A stretch of DNA of 49,003 nt from Octopus bimaculoides (GCF_001194135.2 NC_068984.1:124225906-124274908); one strand, 5' to 3'. Positions 25,857-37,856 are shown, counted from the first letter of the stretch. A program made the numbers and translations. Notes: generated by a model from the sequence alone, not told the origin.

Positions 25857-26093
25857 ATTTTTGAGATTTTTGAAAAATAAAAAGTGCATTTTATGTGCCA
25901 TGAAATGCGTTAATAACTCAGTACTTACAAGAGCTATTTTGGCAATCGTAGTAGTTTCTCTCTGTTATTCATCTTTAAAATATCAATAATTGGTGTGTGA
26001 AAATGGAGTGTTTGAAAATCTGTTTGAAATCAGGTATACTTGGCATATGGTCACATAGTGAATGCTATGAATATGGTTGTCATCAAGGGAATT

Positions 26094-26143
<50 letters not shown>

Positions 26144-26971
26144 AGTAGCAGGCACTGAAATTCTTATGGATTGACCACGAACTGTACTCGTAGTTTGGCT
26201 ATTTCAGTTTGAGTGGAATAGTAACGCGCTTTCAATAATTCGTTGACATCTCATGTAAAACGATCTTCTGGGATCTCATCGAATGATTGATTGTTCTAAG
26301 CATCAGTGGTATCGAAAATGGTACCCTGTGATTGGTTGCCGGTTGAACCCTAACAAGGATGGGCATGGAGTTATTCTTGAGAATAGGTGTCTTGATAGTG
26401 GCACTAGAGAACTAGAATAGTTTCTTAAAAATCTCACTAAGTTATTAAGATATTTCCATCTTTCTGATGTTTTTTCCGGACCACTCAAAGTAACGATTGT
26501 GGATGCGGGTAGTTGTCACAGCCGCGGCATCTACATGAGGATCCCCGTTTTGGAAGTTTAACACGTGGTTTTCTTTACTGAATAAATCACAAAGAAGATG
26601 GCGGGAAGTATTAAATTAATAAGGGGAAATTATTTTTGAAAATAATATCAAGTTAGAATCAGGAAACCAAATTATAGAGATAGCAACGTAACTGATGTGC
26701 TGCTTGCAATTACTAATCTGGTCTAGGAGAATTTTTCAATGAGAAACAAGAAGGTGTGTTGTTAGAGCTAAACAAATGATGTAAGATTTTAGGGAGCTTC
26801 GCTGAATTCGATGACAGAGCACGTGCAAGCAACTAACACGTCATGTATCTATGTAAAAAGCCTCTCTTACAATATGATCACTATATTATGTTCAGACTCC
26901 TTTCGTGAATTGTATTTGCGCCATTTGTTTCTTGGAATAATGCTAACATAGCTTTCAGTAATACTGTTGTG

Positions 26972-27172
26972 GTTGGCGAGCTGGTAGAATCGTTAGCACG
27001 CTGGATAAAATGCTTAGCACTATTTCATCCGTCTTTATGTTCTGAGTTCGAATTCGGCCGAAGTTGACATTGCCTTTCCTTTTCACGGGATTGATGAAAT
27101 AAAGTACCCGTTGAGTACTGGGGTCGTTGTAACCGACTAGCCCCTTCTCTCCAAATTGTGTCTATAGTGGAA
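26972..27172 (+). mobile_element. SINE family A
   Basis: ggcgagctggtagaatcgttagcacgc...gagttcgaattcggccgaagttgac. Confidence 0.8.
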
Positions 27173-27194
27173 AGGGTTATTGCTGCTTTTACAG

Positions 27195-27470
27195 GTGTTG
27201 TTGTTTATGGCCTTCTCGGGGAAACTGAGCATCGACGCGAATAAAATGCCTGGTCTGTTCCAGGGGACTTTGAACTCTCACGACTATGAATAACTTACGG
27301 AAATCCTTTGCTTGACAGTGCTATCAAGAGTTGTTAAGGTGAACTCAGCGTATGAAGTGCCCTCTGGCAGGCTTGCAGAAATACGAGCAGAATGACAAAA
27401 GCCGTACATCAGGTAATCGCTTATTGTTCGTGCACTATTATTCAATGTTGTTATGTCGAACAGCTGATGA
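27195..27470 (+). mobile_element. Possible decayed Tc3/Tc1-like transposase remnant with internal deletion
   Basis: VLLFMAFSGKLS...GTLNSHDY (cf. VMxWxAFSxxG...GxxNSxxY) followed by LSRVVKVN...EIRAE*QKPYIR...LFNVVMSNS* (C-terminal-like). Confidence 0.4.
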
Positions 27471-28028
27471 AATGTGTAGGACAAATCCGGCTACAGATCG
27501 AATCTAAAGTGAACATTGATCCATTGCCTGCTTTTAACCGGTAAAGTAAAATAGCTTTCTTTTGTCTGGTGTCTATGATGAAAAAAACTGTGTGCTGTAC
27601 AAAACTAAAAGATCTAAAGACAGACACTCTCCTCTCCTTAAAACCCGCATCGATTTCTTCCAGTTCTCTTTAGAAAGGAATTTTAGGGGTGGAGAGGGAT
27701 GTCCACGCTTATAGTTAATTTGTCAATGGTGAGTTACAACACTGAACATGACACGATTAAATGGATCTACTCTCAGTGTGTAATTGCAGATCGGCAAATA
27801 ACAGTTAAGTGAAGGCACTTGCTTTTGGTGTTCAAGGTAAAGCCGGTTCTGATGGTTTCCTTGATTGATCGTAGCTGATGACCTTCCTGTGTCAAGAGAA
27901 CCGTAATATCATATTTCTTTCAATCTCGCTGTTTGTTTTCTCAGTAGACCTTCACACTTTACGTAACCTCTCTTCGTAATTATGCCACCATCCAACACAC
28001 TTTTGGTAAAAGTATAAGAAATAGTTTT

Positions 28029-28095
28029 TCTTCTTCTTCTTCTTCTTCTTCTTCTTCTTCTTCTTCTTCTTCTTCTTCTTCTTCTTCTTCTACAT
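28029..28095. repeat. (TTC)n microsatellite
   Basis: Long pure ttc run. Confidence 0.95.
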
Positions 28096-28433
28096 CATCG
28101 TCGTCGTCGTCGTCTCCTCCTCTGCCTCTTCCTCCTTCTTTTTCTCCACTCTTCTTCCTCCTCTTGTCATTATTAAAAAGTTAAAATGTTGAGAGGAGAG
28201 AAGAGCTCTTGCCGTAGTTCTCCCGGTACGCTGAGTGGGTCGGGCCCTGTGGTGTTACTTGAGTGTCGTCTGAGTGACATTTCCCCAATTGGGATTTTGT
28301 TATTTTGCAGATTGTTTAGGTTTTAGTATTTACACGTTTCTGTGTAAATCCCCACTGTCCTTTGTCTTTGTATTGTCCCAAATTTTTCGCGACCCCTGTG
28401 GCTAATAAGGAAAGAATTATTATTATTATTATT

Positions 28434-28712
28434 GAGCGAGAGAGCAGTGCATGCCATCGAAGTGACACTCAAAAGGTCCTTGAATAAGGGTTGTTTACGG
28501 ATTTTGAACGAAACAACCATGTTTCCAAAGGTGAATTATTCAAACTCCAAAGAATTCGTCTCGACACATGGCTATAATGTTCCCCCACTACTTCTGCTCG
28601 TGATCAGGGATGCAGGTATCGTCAGCCACTAAGGGTCATGTTCAACTGGTTAAGTTCGAGCAACTGACAAGCAAATCTGTGGTATTGAGCAGAATATTTG
28701 CAGTAGCCCACT
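28434..28712. mobile_element. (ATT)n-flanked interspersed element, internally deleted copy
   Basis: Aligns to 44328-44775 at both ends (gagngagaga... and ...gtagccca) but lacks ~170 bp after gtgacact. Confidence 0.75.
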
Positions 28713-28725
28713 TTATTATTATTAT

Positions 28726-28761
<36 letters not shown>

Positions 28762-28782
28762 TATCATCATTATCATCATTGC

Positions 28783-28940
28783 ACGTCGGACATAATGCTT
28801 AGCAGCATTTCGTCTGTTTTTACGTTCTGAGTTCGAATTCCGGCGAGATCGACTTTGCCTTTCATCTTTCAAGGCACTGGGTCGATGTGATCGACTTATC
28901 CCCTTCCTGAAGTTGCTGGCCTTGTGCCAAAATTTGAAAT
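28783..28940 (+). mobile_element. SINE family A, partial
   Basis: tacgttctgagttcgaattccggcgagatcgactttgcctttcatc. Confidence 0.75.
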
Positions 28941-28970
28941 TATCATTATTAGTAGTAGTGTTAGTGTAGC

Positions 28971-29260
28971 TAACTCTACACGCCAAAACATCGGAAAACC
29001 AGAAGTATATGCGACAAGGTACCATATCATACGCTCTAACAATTCTGTGAAATCCTCGCTGTGCTTTGTCACTTTATTACAATGAGCGTGAAAAGATGAG
29101 AGACAGTTTTCACCATTGGGTTTGAAGTTAGAGCGCACTGAACTGAGTCATTTCCTCCTAGAAGCAGGCATGGTTGTGTGGTTAAGTGGTTAAGAATCTC
29201 GCTTTGCAGCAACTTGGTTTCGTGCTCAGTCCCACTCCACAGCACCTTGGGAAAATATCT
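28971..29260 (+). repeat. Left arm of a ~290-bp inverted duplication
   Basis: Reverse complement of 31382-31663; 29085-29186 is identical over 102 nt. Confidence 0.9.
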
Positions 29261-29754
29261 GCTGGTTTTGTACCGGCACATATGACCTAACGTTCTGGCT
29301 GTACGGTGCCCCTGTGGTAAATCAAAGAAATCTTCCTCCTACTCCTCTTCATCACCATCATCACCATCCTCATCCTCATCCTCATCATCATCATCAACAT
29401 TATTATTTATTCACTCATTCATTTCTGAACTTATGCCTTTCATTCAGGCAAATTAAGCAACTGCAGTCAAATTTGAGAAGTATGTCAAATGCAATTTGGT
29501 TATCAGATTTAAAATAGTACCCAAAAACAAACAAACAAACAAACATAAAAGGACACATAAAGAAAGAGAGAGAGAGGGTGGGGGAGTGAAAGAGAAATAA
29601 AGAGAGAAAGAGAAAAAAACGTATGAGAGAGGTGGGGACAAAAATGACAAGACTAAAAACAAACATAAGAATTGGAAAATGATTTCACAAAACAGCGTAA
29701 AGCGATCATGCTCAATTCTCCTTATCTTATCATTATTATCTTTTAAGATGTAAT

Positions 29755-31060
29755 TGAGATGGTAAAAATACAGAGTTATGGAAACGTAGAAGTCTGGTGG
29801 TAAGAAAATACACAAACAGGACGACATACCATTCTGTTGGTATAAATATACAAACAGAAAACATACCATTCTGCTGGTAAAAAAATAAACAAATAGAACA
29901 ACGTAACAATCTGATGGTATAATGACACAAACGAAGCAACATACCATTTTGATGGTAAAAATATGCTTATATAGTAACATACCATTCTGTTGGTCAAAAA
30001 TATGGAAAAATATTGCTATATGCTATTTTGTCGGTATCAAAGCTGAAATGCATCTACATATCATATTGATGCTAAAAATTTAGAATTGTAGTAATATACC
30101 ATTCTGTTGGTAATAAATACACAAATACAGAGTCTCCTCCTGTTAAAGTATACGCTCTGTAATAGCTGATAATTCAATATTAATTGTCTTTTTTTTTTTT
30201 TTGTAAGATTTAACCTTATAGAAATAATGGAGGGAACCAGATTAAAGTTTAAACAAAGGAAATTTATCCGTAAGTGCTATGGGATGTTTGAAAGTGCAGT
30301 TGAAATGCAAAGACAGTTTAGGAAGGAGTTTCAAGCAGATCCACCTTTACGGCATACCATCACTCGAAGTAGAGATAAATTAGTAGCTTAGTCATGTAAG
30401 AGCCTACTTTGGTGAGATTTTGCCAAACAGGTCGACAGGATGAAGAGGTTCAAAGGATGATACTTAAAAGATAAATTTTACGGTGCAAAACCAGCAACAG
30501 CCGACGAATTGAGGGTAGCCATTGAATGAGAATGCGCACAAATACCAAACGAGATGTTTCTTGATGATTGTGATTCCATTGTTTTATGTTATCAGCAGTG
30601 TTTGTATCAGAACAGTCATCAGTTTGAAAACAGGGGTTCGTAAAACAATTAATTTATGTCTGTAGATTTATTCAATTTTGAAAATGAAAATATACTTTTA
30701 ATAAACACTGAGTTTAGAATCGTTCAGTGCGTATGCACTTTTTTTTTCTTGAGGTGGATTCATGTATATTTGTAGCGATATGCGGTGGTGGTTATACACA
30801 AATATAGTAATATAACGCTGTGGTGGTAAACGTAAATAGATATAGTAATTTGTCATTATGATAGTAGAAACACAGATACAGGGCAACTAACTATTTTGAT
30901 GGTAAAAATACACAAATTCTGGAACATACTGATCTAGCAGTAGAAAATATTGCATAAATATAAGAAAATGCATTCTAGAGAGAAAATACACAAATATAGT
31001 AATATAATTTTAGTGATAAAAAATACGCAAACGTATATCGTAGCATAAACAATAAATAAG
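29755..31060. repeat. Degenerate ~38-40-bp minisatellite array, split by a Tc1-family insertion
   Basis: Recurrent unit acataccattctgttggtaaaaatacacaaata... on both sides of 30128-30764. Confidence 0.75.
30128..30764 (+). mobile_element. Internally deleted Tc1/mariner-superfamily element (HTH plus C-terminus), TA-flanked
   Basis: MEGTRLKFKQRKFIRKCYGMFESAVEMQRQFRKEFQADPPLRHTITR (HTH-like), HVRAYFGEILPNRSTG*RG, and YLKDKFYGAKPATADELRVAIE*ECAQIPNEM...QFEN. Degenerate TIRs share atacgc; TA at 30126-27 and 30765-66. Confidence 0.75.
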
Positions 31061-31140
31061 GGCTCTGTAATATCATGCTTAACAACCTGCACAAATGGTT
31101 TGTTTATAGTGGTCAAATGTTTGTACTGTACATTAGCTCA

Positions 31141-31320
31141 GTCCCTCCATCAAATCGATGCTGCCATGCATTAGGTGGACGGTCAGGTGTTGAAGCGATT
31201 GCAGAACAACAGAAAAGGATGTATTTTACTCAAAAACTCAATACATCACCTGTTCCGACACTCGAAAACTTAAACCTTGCGATCGTGAGTGCAAGATGTC
31301 AACCTCTAGGCCATGTGCCC
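31141..31320 (-). mobile_element. Degenerate SINE related to 24465-24662
   Basis: ccctccatcaaatcgat...gcgatcgtgagtgcaagatgtcaacctctaggccat. Confidence 0.6.
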
Positions 31321-31324
31321 TTAT

Positions 31325-31470
31325 TGTTTCGATCAGCCAAATTCTCTCACAAAGCATTGGTTGAACCGGAGCTATAACGGAAGACATTTTCCCAAGTTGC
31401 TGTGGAGTGGGACTGAGTGCGAAACCAATTTGTTGCAAAGCGAGATTCTTAACCACACAACCATGCCTGC
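31325..31470 (-). mobile_element. SINE family E, 5' part
   Basis: gctataacggaagacattttcccaagttgctgtggagtgggactgag. Confidence 0.65.
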
Positions 31471-31663
31471 TTCTAGGAGGAAATGACTCAGTTCAGTGCG
31501 CTCTAACTTCAAACCCAATGGTGAAAACTGTCTCTCATCTTTTCACGCTAATTGTAATAAAGTGACAAAGCACAGCTGGGATTTAGCAGAATTGTTAGAG
31601 CGTATGATATGATACCTTGTCGTATTTACTTCTGGTTTTCCGATGTCTTTGAGTGTAGAGTTA
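31382..31663 (-). repeat. Right arm of the ~290-bp inverted duplication
   Basis: See 28971-29260. Confidence 0.9.
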
Positions 31664-31734
31664 ATTTGTCTCCCTGTTTAATGTCATCACTGATTTCTTG
31701 GATGTCCTTTCGAAGTTTCACTCTATATTGGTTT

Positions 31735-31941
31735 CAAATTCTACCACAGAATAAAGCAATTTCGGCACAAGGGGTAAATTGATTCCATCGACCCCAGTGC
31801 TCAACTGGCAACCATTTTATCGACCCCGAAGGATAAAGGCAAAGTCAACCTCAGCGGCATTTGAACTCAGAACGTAAAGACGGACAAAATACCGTTATGC
31901 ATTTCGCCCGGCGTGATAACGATTCAACCAGCACGCTACCT
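31735..31941 (-). mobile_element. SINE family A
   Basis: catcgaccccagtgctcaactgg...gaactcagaacgtaaagacggac...gcatttcgcccggcgtg. Confidence 0.8.
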
Positions 31942-32216
31942 TCGTTGCACTCTATATTGCAAATAGTCAAGGCAAGGACATCCGTTTATGAGTAAATCCC
32001 TAATTCTACAAACGACTAATAACAGACGCCTTTAAAAGAAGAATAAAACAGGATAAAGAGCGCTACTTTTCTACCCCTGTTGAAAGCAAAACATATTTTT
32101 AAAAAATCAAAAATAACGATAAAGACAAAAGTTAAAACAGTTTTAGGGATGTACTTGCCAAGCAAGCGATTTGATCTGAGACCGTGTGTTGAAACTAAAG
32201 CAATAATAGCGTAGAA

Positions 32217-32495
32217 CAGGGGTTTTCAAACTGTGGTCCGCAAGGACAAGACAGGGGGTCCGTGGACAGCAAATACTTTTTATGGGCAATTTGATTTTAT
32301 ACATGTTTTTTAATCGAAATCTTTTAATTGACAATAAACCTGTTTGTTAAATACTGTTAAATAAATAAATGTAAAAATATATGTTATTTTAAGCAAATAT
32401 TTATGTATAAATTTCATAAGCGTTTATAAGGGAGTCCCTAAGGTAAAGCCTGAGATATAAAGGGGTCCACAAGTCAAAAAGTTTGAAAACCCCTG
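32217..32495. mobile_element. hAT (Charlie-like) MITE, 279 bp, intact
   Basis: Perfect 16-bp TIR caggggttttcaaact and perfect 8-bp TSD gcgtagaa (32209-16, 32496-503). An 8-bp TSD and CAGGGG start are hAT hallmarks. Confidence 0.92.
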
Positions 32496-32791
32496 GCGTA
32501 GAAGACTTATGTTAGTCAATCAGAAACAAGCAAAAGCTGTTAGTTTTTTCTAGACATTTATTATTAGGATCGAAGTTTTCTTCGTATCGACTGCGACCTG
32601 GCGACTGTAACACGGTTCTACTATAATTACAATAATTACAATAATTACAATAAAAATGATTTTAGCAACAACACAAAAGCCACCCCCATCAAAAAGACGA
32701 AATATATGCAGTCAACACAAATACCCGAATGTTATCTATGCTTTTCCTTGTGTGTGTGCGTGTGTGTGTGTGCGTGTGTGCGTGTGCGTGT

Positions 32792-32828
<37 letters not shown>

Positions 32829-33636
32829 TGTGTGTCTGTGTGTGTGTGTAATATACCCACTTTCGAGGCTGGGCCTGTATGTACATTATGTATCCTACGT
32901 AATTGTTTCTTTCTGGTTAGATACATACACATGCACACAGACACATACACAGACACACACAAACACACAAACACACACTTCCACAGACAGACATACACAC
33001 ACACGTACACACGCGCACAATCACTCTCACACTCTCACACATACATACACACACAAACACACGTACATTCGTATGTAGCGCGTATATATGTTTATACACG
33101 CACCCAAACAGACATATATACATATATGTTTATATACATGAATACAAACAGACGCATACACACTCAGGCACACACACATACATACACACAAATGTATATA
33201 TGCTTATATATATACATATATATATATTGCACACACAGACACACGCACATATATGTATATATGTATGTATGTGAACGGCTAGGATTTTGTTAAGTTTGAA
33301 AGCGTGAGGGTGTGACCGAATACAAATACACGAAGGCACACAGTTGTGCGTGTGCACACAACGATGAAGATATATGGGAATTGGAAGACAGTCTGCAATA
33401 GTTGTTAATTTCGGCTGCGATTTCAGCTTTGAGTATTTCAGAAATCATAACAGAAACGGAAGATCATTGTGTTGAAACAATTCCGTGATAAAAATCAGAT
33501 ACAAAACGTTTTCGAAAAAAACCCAAACATGACTGCATTTTTTTATAATATGGCTATATATGAGTTATACGTGTTATAGCGAGTGTATACGAGCAGGCGT
33601 GCATTTTCATGAAATTCAATATATTTTATATATGCC

Positions 33637-33710
<74 letters not shown>

Positions 33711-33931
33711 GATATAAATGTATATGTAGCCATATAAATATTCATATATGAAACTATATCTCTATTGACACACAAATACACCAATAATACAAATGAATAT
33801 ACACTCGTGTGACTAGACATATGCGTTTATATGTATGTATGTATATATGTATGTATGTATGTATATGTGTGTGTGTGTGTGTTTGTATGTATGTATGCAT
33901 TCGTGTATGTATTTCTCTCTCTCTCACTCTC

Positions 33932-33963
<32 letters not shown>

Positions 33964-33964
33964 A

Positions 33965-34290
33965 CAAGGTGAAATATTTAAGATAAAGTCAAGTTTCACT
34001 TGTGCCTCTGAAAATCTAACCTATGTTATTACCTGCTTAGGTTGCGGAAACCACTATACAAGCCAAACACGAATGTCCCTTAGACGAAGAACAACGCATC
34101 ACAAAGAACAAATCCGCTTCACACAATATAGACAGATACAGGTCCGCGAGCTCATAGATAGATGTGGTAAGAACTTTAAACCAAACTTCCTAATTTTCAA
34201 TTTTTATCCATGTTCCCAGAACACCTCAGTGCCGCAAAGACTAAATAAAGAGGTAACTTTCATTAATAAATAACCACAACTTAACATGAA
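33965..34290 (+). mobile_element. Penelope-like element GIY-YIG endonuclease domain remnant
   Basis: QGEIFKIKSSFTCASENLTYVITCLGCGNHYTSQTRMSLRRRTTHHKEQIRF...DRCGKNFKPNF...QRLNKEVTFINK*PQLN. Recognisable YVI-x-CxxC-x-x-Y(IG)QT, R-x-x-x-H, E and LN motifs; YIG has decayed to YTS. Confidence 0.85.
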
Positions 34291-35214
34291 CACACAACTT
34301 AATACGAGACACTAGTAACCTTGCTAAAACCAATAATCCCACTAAGCTCATACATCCCATATACCGTTCATACTCTATATTAATAGAGATTAACCTAACT
34401 GCATCAGTGTCAGAACTGCTTACCTTATTTGCATGCAATCTTTTCACGCAAGTACTATTAGACTCAACACCGTTTGGAAATCGATGTTGATTCAAAGTCA
34501 GTGTAAAGCGATGACAAAACCGGTATGAATTTCTATATTGACTCATGATAATGGTTTTTATACTTCTTAATTCCACCTCAGATCATTTATTTGTATGTAT
34601 ATATCTTTGTTTTTATAAAAAAATATTACTTTTATACCTAGTGTACATTTCCTTTGTTTCGTTTTACATTTCCCCTATATATATATATATATATATATAN
34701 NNNNNNNNNNNNNNNNNNNNNNNNNNNNNNNNNNNNNNNNNNNNNNNNNNNNNNNNNNNNNNNNNNNNNNNNNNNNNNNNNNNNNNNNNNNNNNNNNNNN
34801 NNNNNNNNNNNNNNNNNNNNNNNNNNNNNNNNNNNNNNNNNNNNNNNNNNNNNNNNNNNNNNNNNNNNNNNNNNNNNNNNNNNNNNNNNNNNNNNNNNNN
34901 NNNNNNNNNNNNNNNNNNNNNNNNNNNNNNNNNNNNNNNNNNNNNNNNNNNNNNNNNNNNNNNNNNNNNNNNNNNNNNNNNNNNNNNNNNNNNNNNNNNN
35001 NNNNNNNNNNNNNNNNNNNNNNNNNNNNNNNNNNNNNNNNNNNNNNNNNNNNNNNNNNNNNNNNNNNNNNNNNNNNNNNNNNNNNNNNNNNNNNNNNNNN
35101 NNNNNNNNNNNNNNNNNNNNNNNNNNNNNNNNNNNNNNNNNNNNNNNNNNNNNNNNNNNNNNNNNNNNNNNNNNNNNNNNNNNNNNNNNNNNNNNNNNNN
35201 NNNNNNNNNNNNNN

Positions 35215-35337
<123 letters not shown>

Positions 35338-35592
35338 ATATATATATATATATATATATATATCTGTGATTGTACACACGCACATTCATATGCACATGCA
35401 TACACGTATATCCGATCATGCGCGCGCGCTTGAACACGTATGCAAATATATATATATATATGTATGTGTCTGAGTATCACATACTTTTCGCCCTATATAC
35501 CTTTTTCTCTCCTTCGACCCTGTCTTCATTTACCTCTCACTACGTGTGTGTGCGTGTATACATACATAAATACACACACACACACATACACG

Positions 35593-35629
<37 letters not shown>

Positions 35630-36605
35630 TTATATACACACATATACATACACACACACAGAGATATATATGTGTGTGTTTGTGCCTCTGTGTGTGTAAA
35701 ATATATATATCTGTATTTGTAAAATCATTTTTATGTATGTATATGTAGATACATACTTACTTAACCTGAAAAGGGCCCACCCCTATTAATATGTACATCT
35801 ATGAGGCATACTTCTTGTTTTTATAGATGCATATAAACAAATGAATGTAAATATCTTACAACAGGTTTTAATCTGTAAAATATAATTACTAGAAAGCATA
35901 TATGTATTCTCATTTGTTTGAGCACGCGCCTGTCTATGTTTGCGTGTATATACAAATGCGTATGTCTATGTGTGATTATAAACATGTCTACACGCATTTT
36001 CCAACGTATGTAGATGTATGAATACATATGTATATATATATATGTATGGTTATATGTTTGTATACTTGTGTATATGTATGTATATATGAGTGGATGTATG
36101 CATGGGTGTGTATAGGAAACTGACATGCATCGATGCGTCATTGAAAATAACATTTTCAATGCAATCCATTTGAGGACTAGGTCAATTGTTGAAGACTAGC
36201 AAATGCTTGCGACAAACGCTATATACGTGTTTATCTGTGTGTATGCGTGTGTGGATGTACATTATATATATATATTTATTTATATGCACACACACACATA
36301 TATGTACATACGTGTGTGCGGGTGCTTGTCTGCGTGTATATGTAGACTCTTTTACCATTCGTAACACTTACTTCCCTAATATCTGGGCGACAGCTTATGT
36401 CTCACAACACATATCTGTTCCTCTACAGATCTCTAGTAAGGTATTCAACATCAACTTACAATCTCTTTCAAAGTTGGTCAGCTGATTTCCGTCCCAATTT
36501 CGACTGAATTAGAGGTTAATTTCCTCGTGAAAACCTTCAATGACACATGATGCTGATACTATGTAGATTTCTGATTGCGCACACACTAACATATATATGT
36601 ATATG

Positions 36606-36818
36606 CGAGGAGGTGCAGAAAAGTTCCTGGCTTCAAGGATGTCGCAAAAGGCCTGCTTGGAGATCCAACCTTCCGTGTCCTTTTACAGGGCTTAGAAAAA
36701 TTGAAAGACCGCTGCAATAAACGTGTGAATCTGAGGTGGAGGGAATATGTTGAATAAAATTAACCGATCCGTCTGTATTTTCTTTTACCCAAGCCAGCAA
36801 GTTTTCAGCACCCACTTG
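36606..36818 (+). mobile_element. Mariner-derived MITE (213 bp)
   Basis: 28-bp TIRs cgaggaggtgcagaaaagttcctggctt / aagccagcaagttttcagcacccacttg (22/28). The internal GLEKLKDRCNKRVNLRWREYVE* resembles a mariner transposase C-terminus. Confidence 0.75.
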
Positions 36819-36819
36819 G

Positions 36820-37490
36820 GTGCTCAGAGCATGCCCGTTCACTCGCACCATTCTTGCGACTTTCATCTACCTTTCAGCAAACTGACGAGAAGACAACACT
36901 TCCTCTCTACACTTATTTTCCTTTTCAAATGAAACTTGAAGTTCATCAGTGATTGACCAAAGAGAAAAGTGTTTGATTTCAGCCCCATCAACCTCGTCCA
37001 CCATACAACCTCTTTCGCCATGGCCACCAGGCATATATGATAAAAACAGCTTTCATCCCTGGTTAAAGAAAGACGACGGGGCGATTTTCACAATGGATTT
37101 AATTGAGAGCCGGATCCGTCCCTCACGCAACAGCAGGTGTTCGACATAAGCCCACAGAACAGCAATGCTCGGGCATTGGACAAGTGCATGCAGGACCATT
37201 TCGTCGGCTTGCGCGCATCTCGGACATGCTTGGCGGACGGCACTTCCGTGCCTGTAAAGGTTATCTTGGACAGGAAAAGCTCCCCGGTAGCACTGCCAGG
37301 CCAGAGTTTTTTTTGGAAATTATCCATCGGTCCCGGCCCGAAAGGTGTCGGAAGAGAGCGACTAACTGACCTTCTTCAACACCGAAGGTTTCCCCAAGAA
37401 AATCGTCGCACTTTTCTTCCACTAATCCTCTATCAAAGACTAAAGCGCACGTTCCAAATATCGCACTGTTCAACTGGCTGAGGGCATTTG
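36820..37490 (-). mobile_element. L1/Tx1-clade LINE ORF2 C-terminal fragment (zf-RVT-like), frameshifted
   Basis: Spliced frames give LYRGLVEEK...MDNFQK.LAWQCYRGA.PVQDNLYRHGSAVRQACPRCAQADETVLHALVQCPSI..LWAYVEHLL (CxxC-x-ET-x-x-H-x-x-x-x-C). Confidence 0.8.
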
Positions 37491-37509
37491 GTACGACAAA
37501 AAAAAACTC

Positions 37510-37715
37510 TCAGACAAATACATAAGAAAGACACCAGGACTAACAAATATATATAACATACAGAAAATAGCACTACTAAGCACCACACGCACCCTACGTA
37601 AAACACTTCCAATACTGTAAAAATAAGAGCACCAGAAAAAACCACAGCACATACCCAAGGCACACAGAGCTGCGCTCAGTAGTGCAGTGAAAGCACGTGA
37701 TAAAAATAAGACTAC

Positions 37716-37764
<49 letters not shown>
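37510..37764 (+). mobile_element. 3' end of an R4/Dong-like (RLE) non-LTR retrotransposon, followed by (AAT)n
   Basis: SDKYIRKTPGLTNIYNIQKIALLSTTRTLRKTLPIL* (37510-37620) resembles the R4-clade terminal LQKxALLGTARILRKxL; ~95-nt 3' UTR, then (AAT)n. Confidence 0.6.
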
Positions 37765-37765
<1 letters not shown>

Positions 37766-37856
37766 CTTTTCTACTCTAGGCGCAAGCCCGGAAATTTTGG
37801 GGGAGGGGCCAGTCGATTAGCTCGACCCCAGTGTTTTACTGGTACTTATTTTATAA
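37765..37856 (-). mobile_element. SINE family A 3' end (rest in gap)
   Basis: ctactctaggcgcaagcccggaaattttgg...gtcgattagctcgaccccagtg...actggtacttatttt. Confidence 0.7.

Noticed and set aside
26260-26620. Balanced-composition stretch with 50-60-codon open frames on both strands
   Set aside because: No motif could be recognised; possibly an old transposon remnant, but not supportable without a search.
27685-27735. Possible 42-nt exon (ttttag|GGGTGG...TCAATG|gtgagt), and similar AG/GT pairs near 4845, 16877 and 36431
   Set aside because: Splice-like signals only, with unrecognisable peptides; expected by chance in AT-rich DNA.
27870-27910. CTGATGA followed by gaaccgta
   Set aside because: No GAAA core and no stems.
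29453-29997. Hydrophobic ORFs with repeated motifs
   Set aside because: Translation of the ~39-bp minisatellite and flanking simple repeats.
29690-31060. CRISPR-like regular repeats
   Set aside because: Tandem degenerate units with no unique spacers and no cas genes, in a eukaryotic context.
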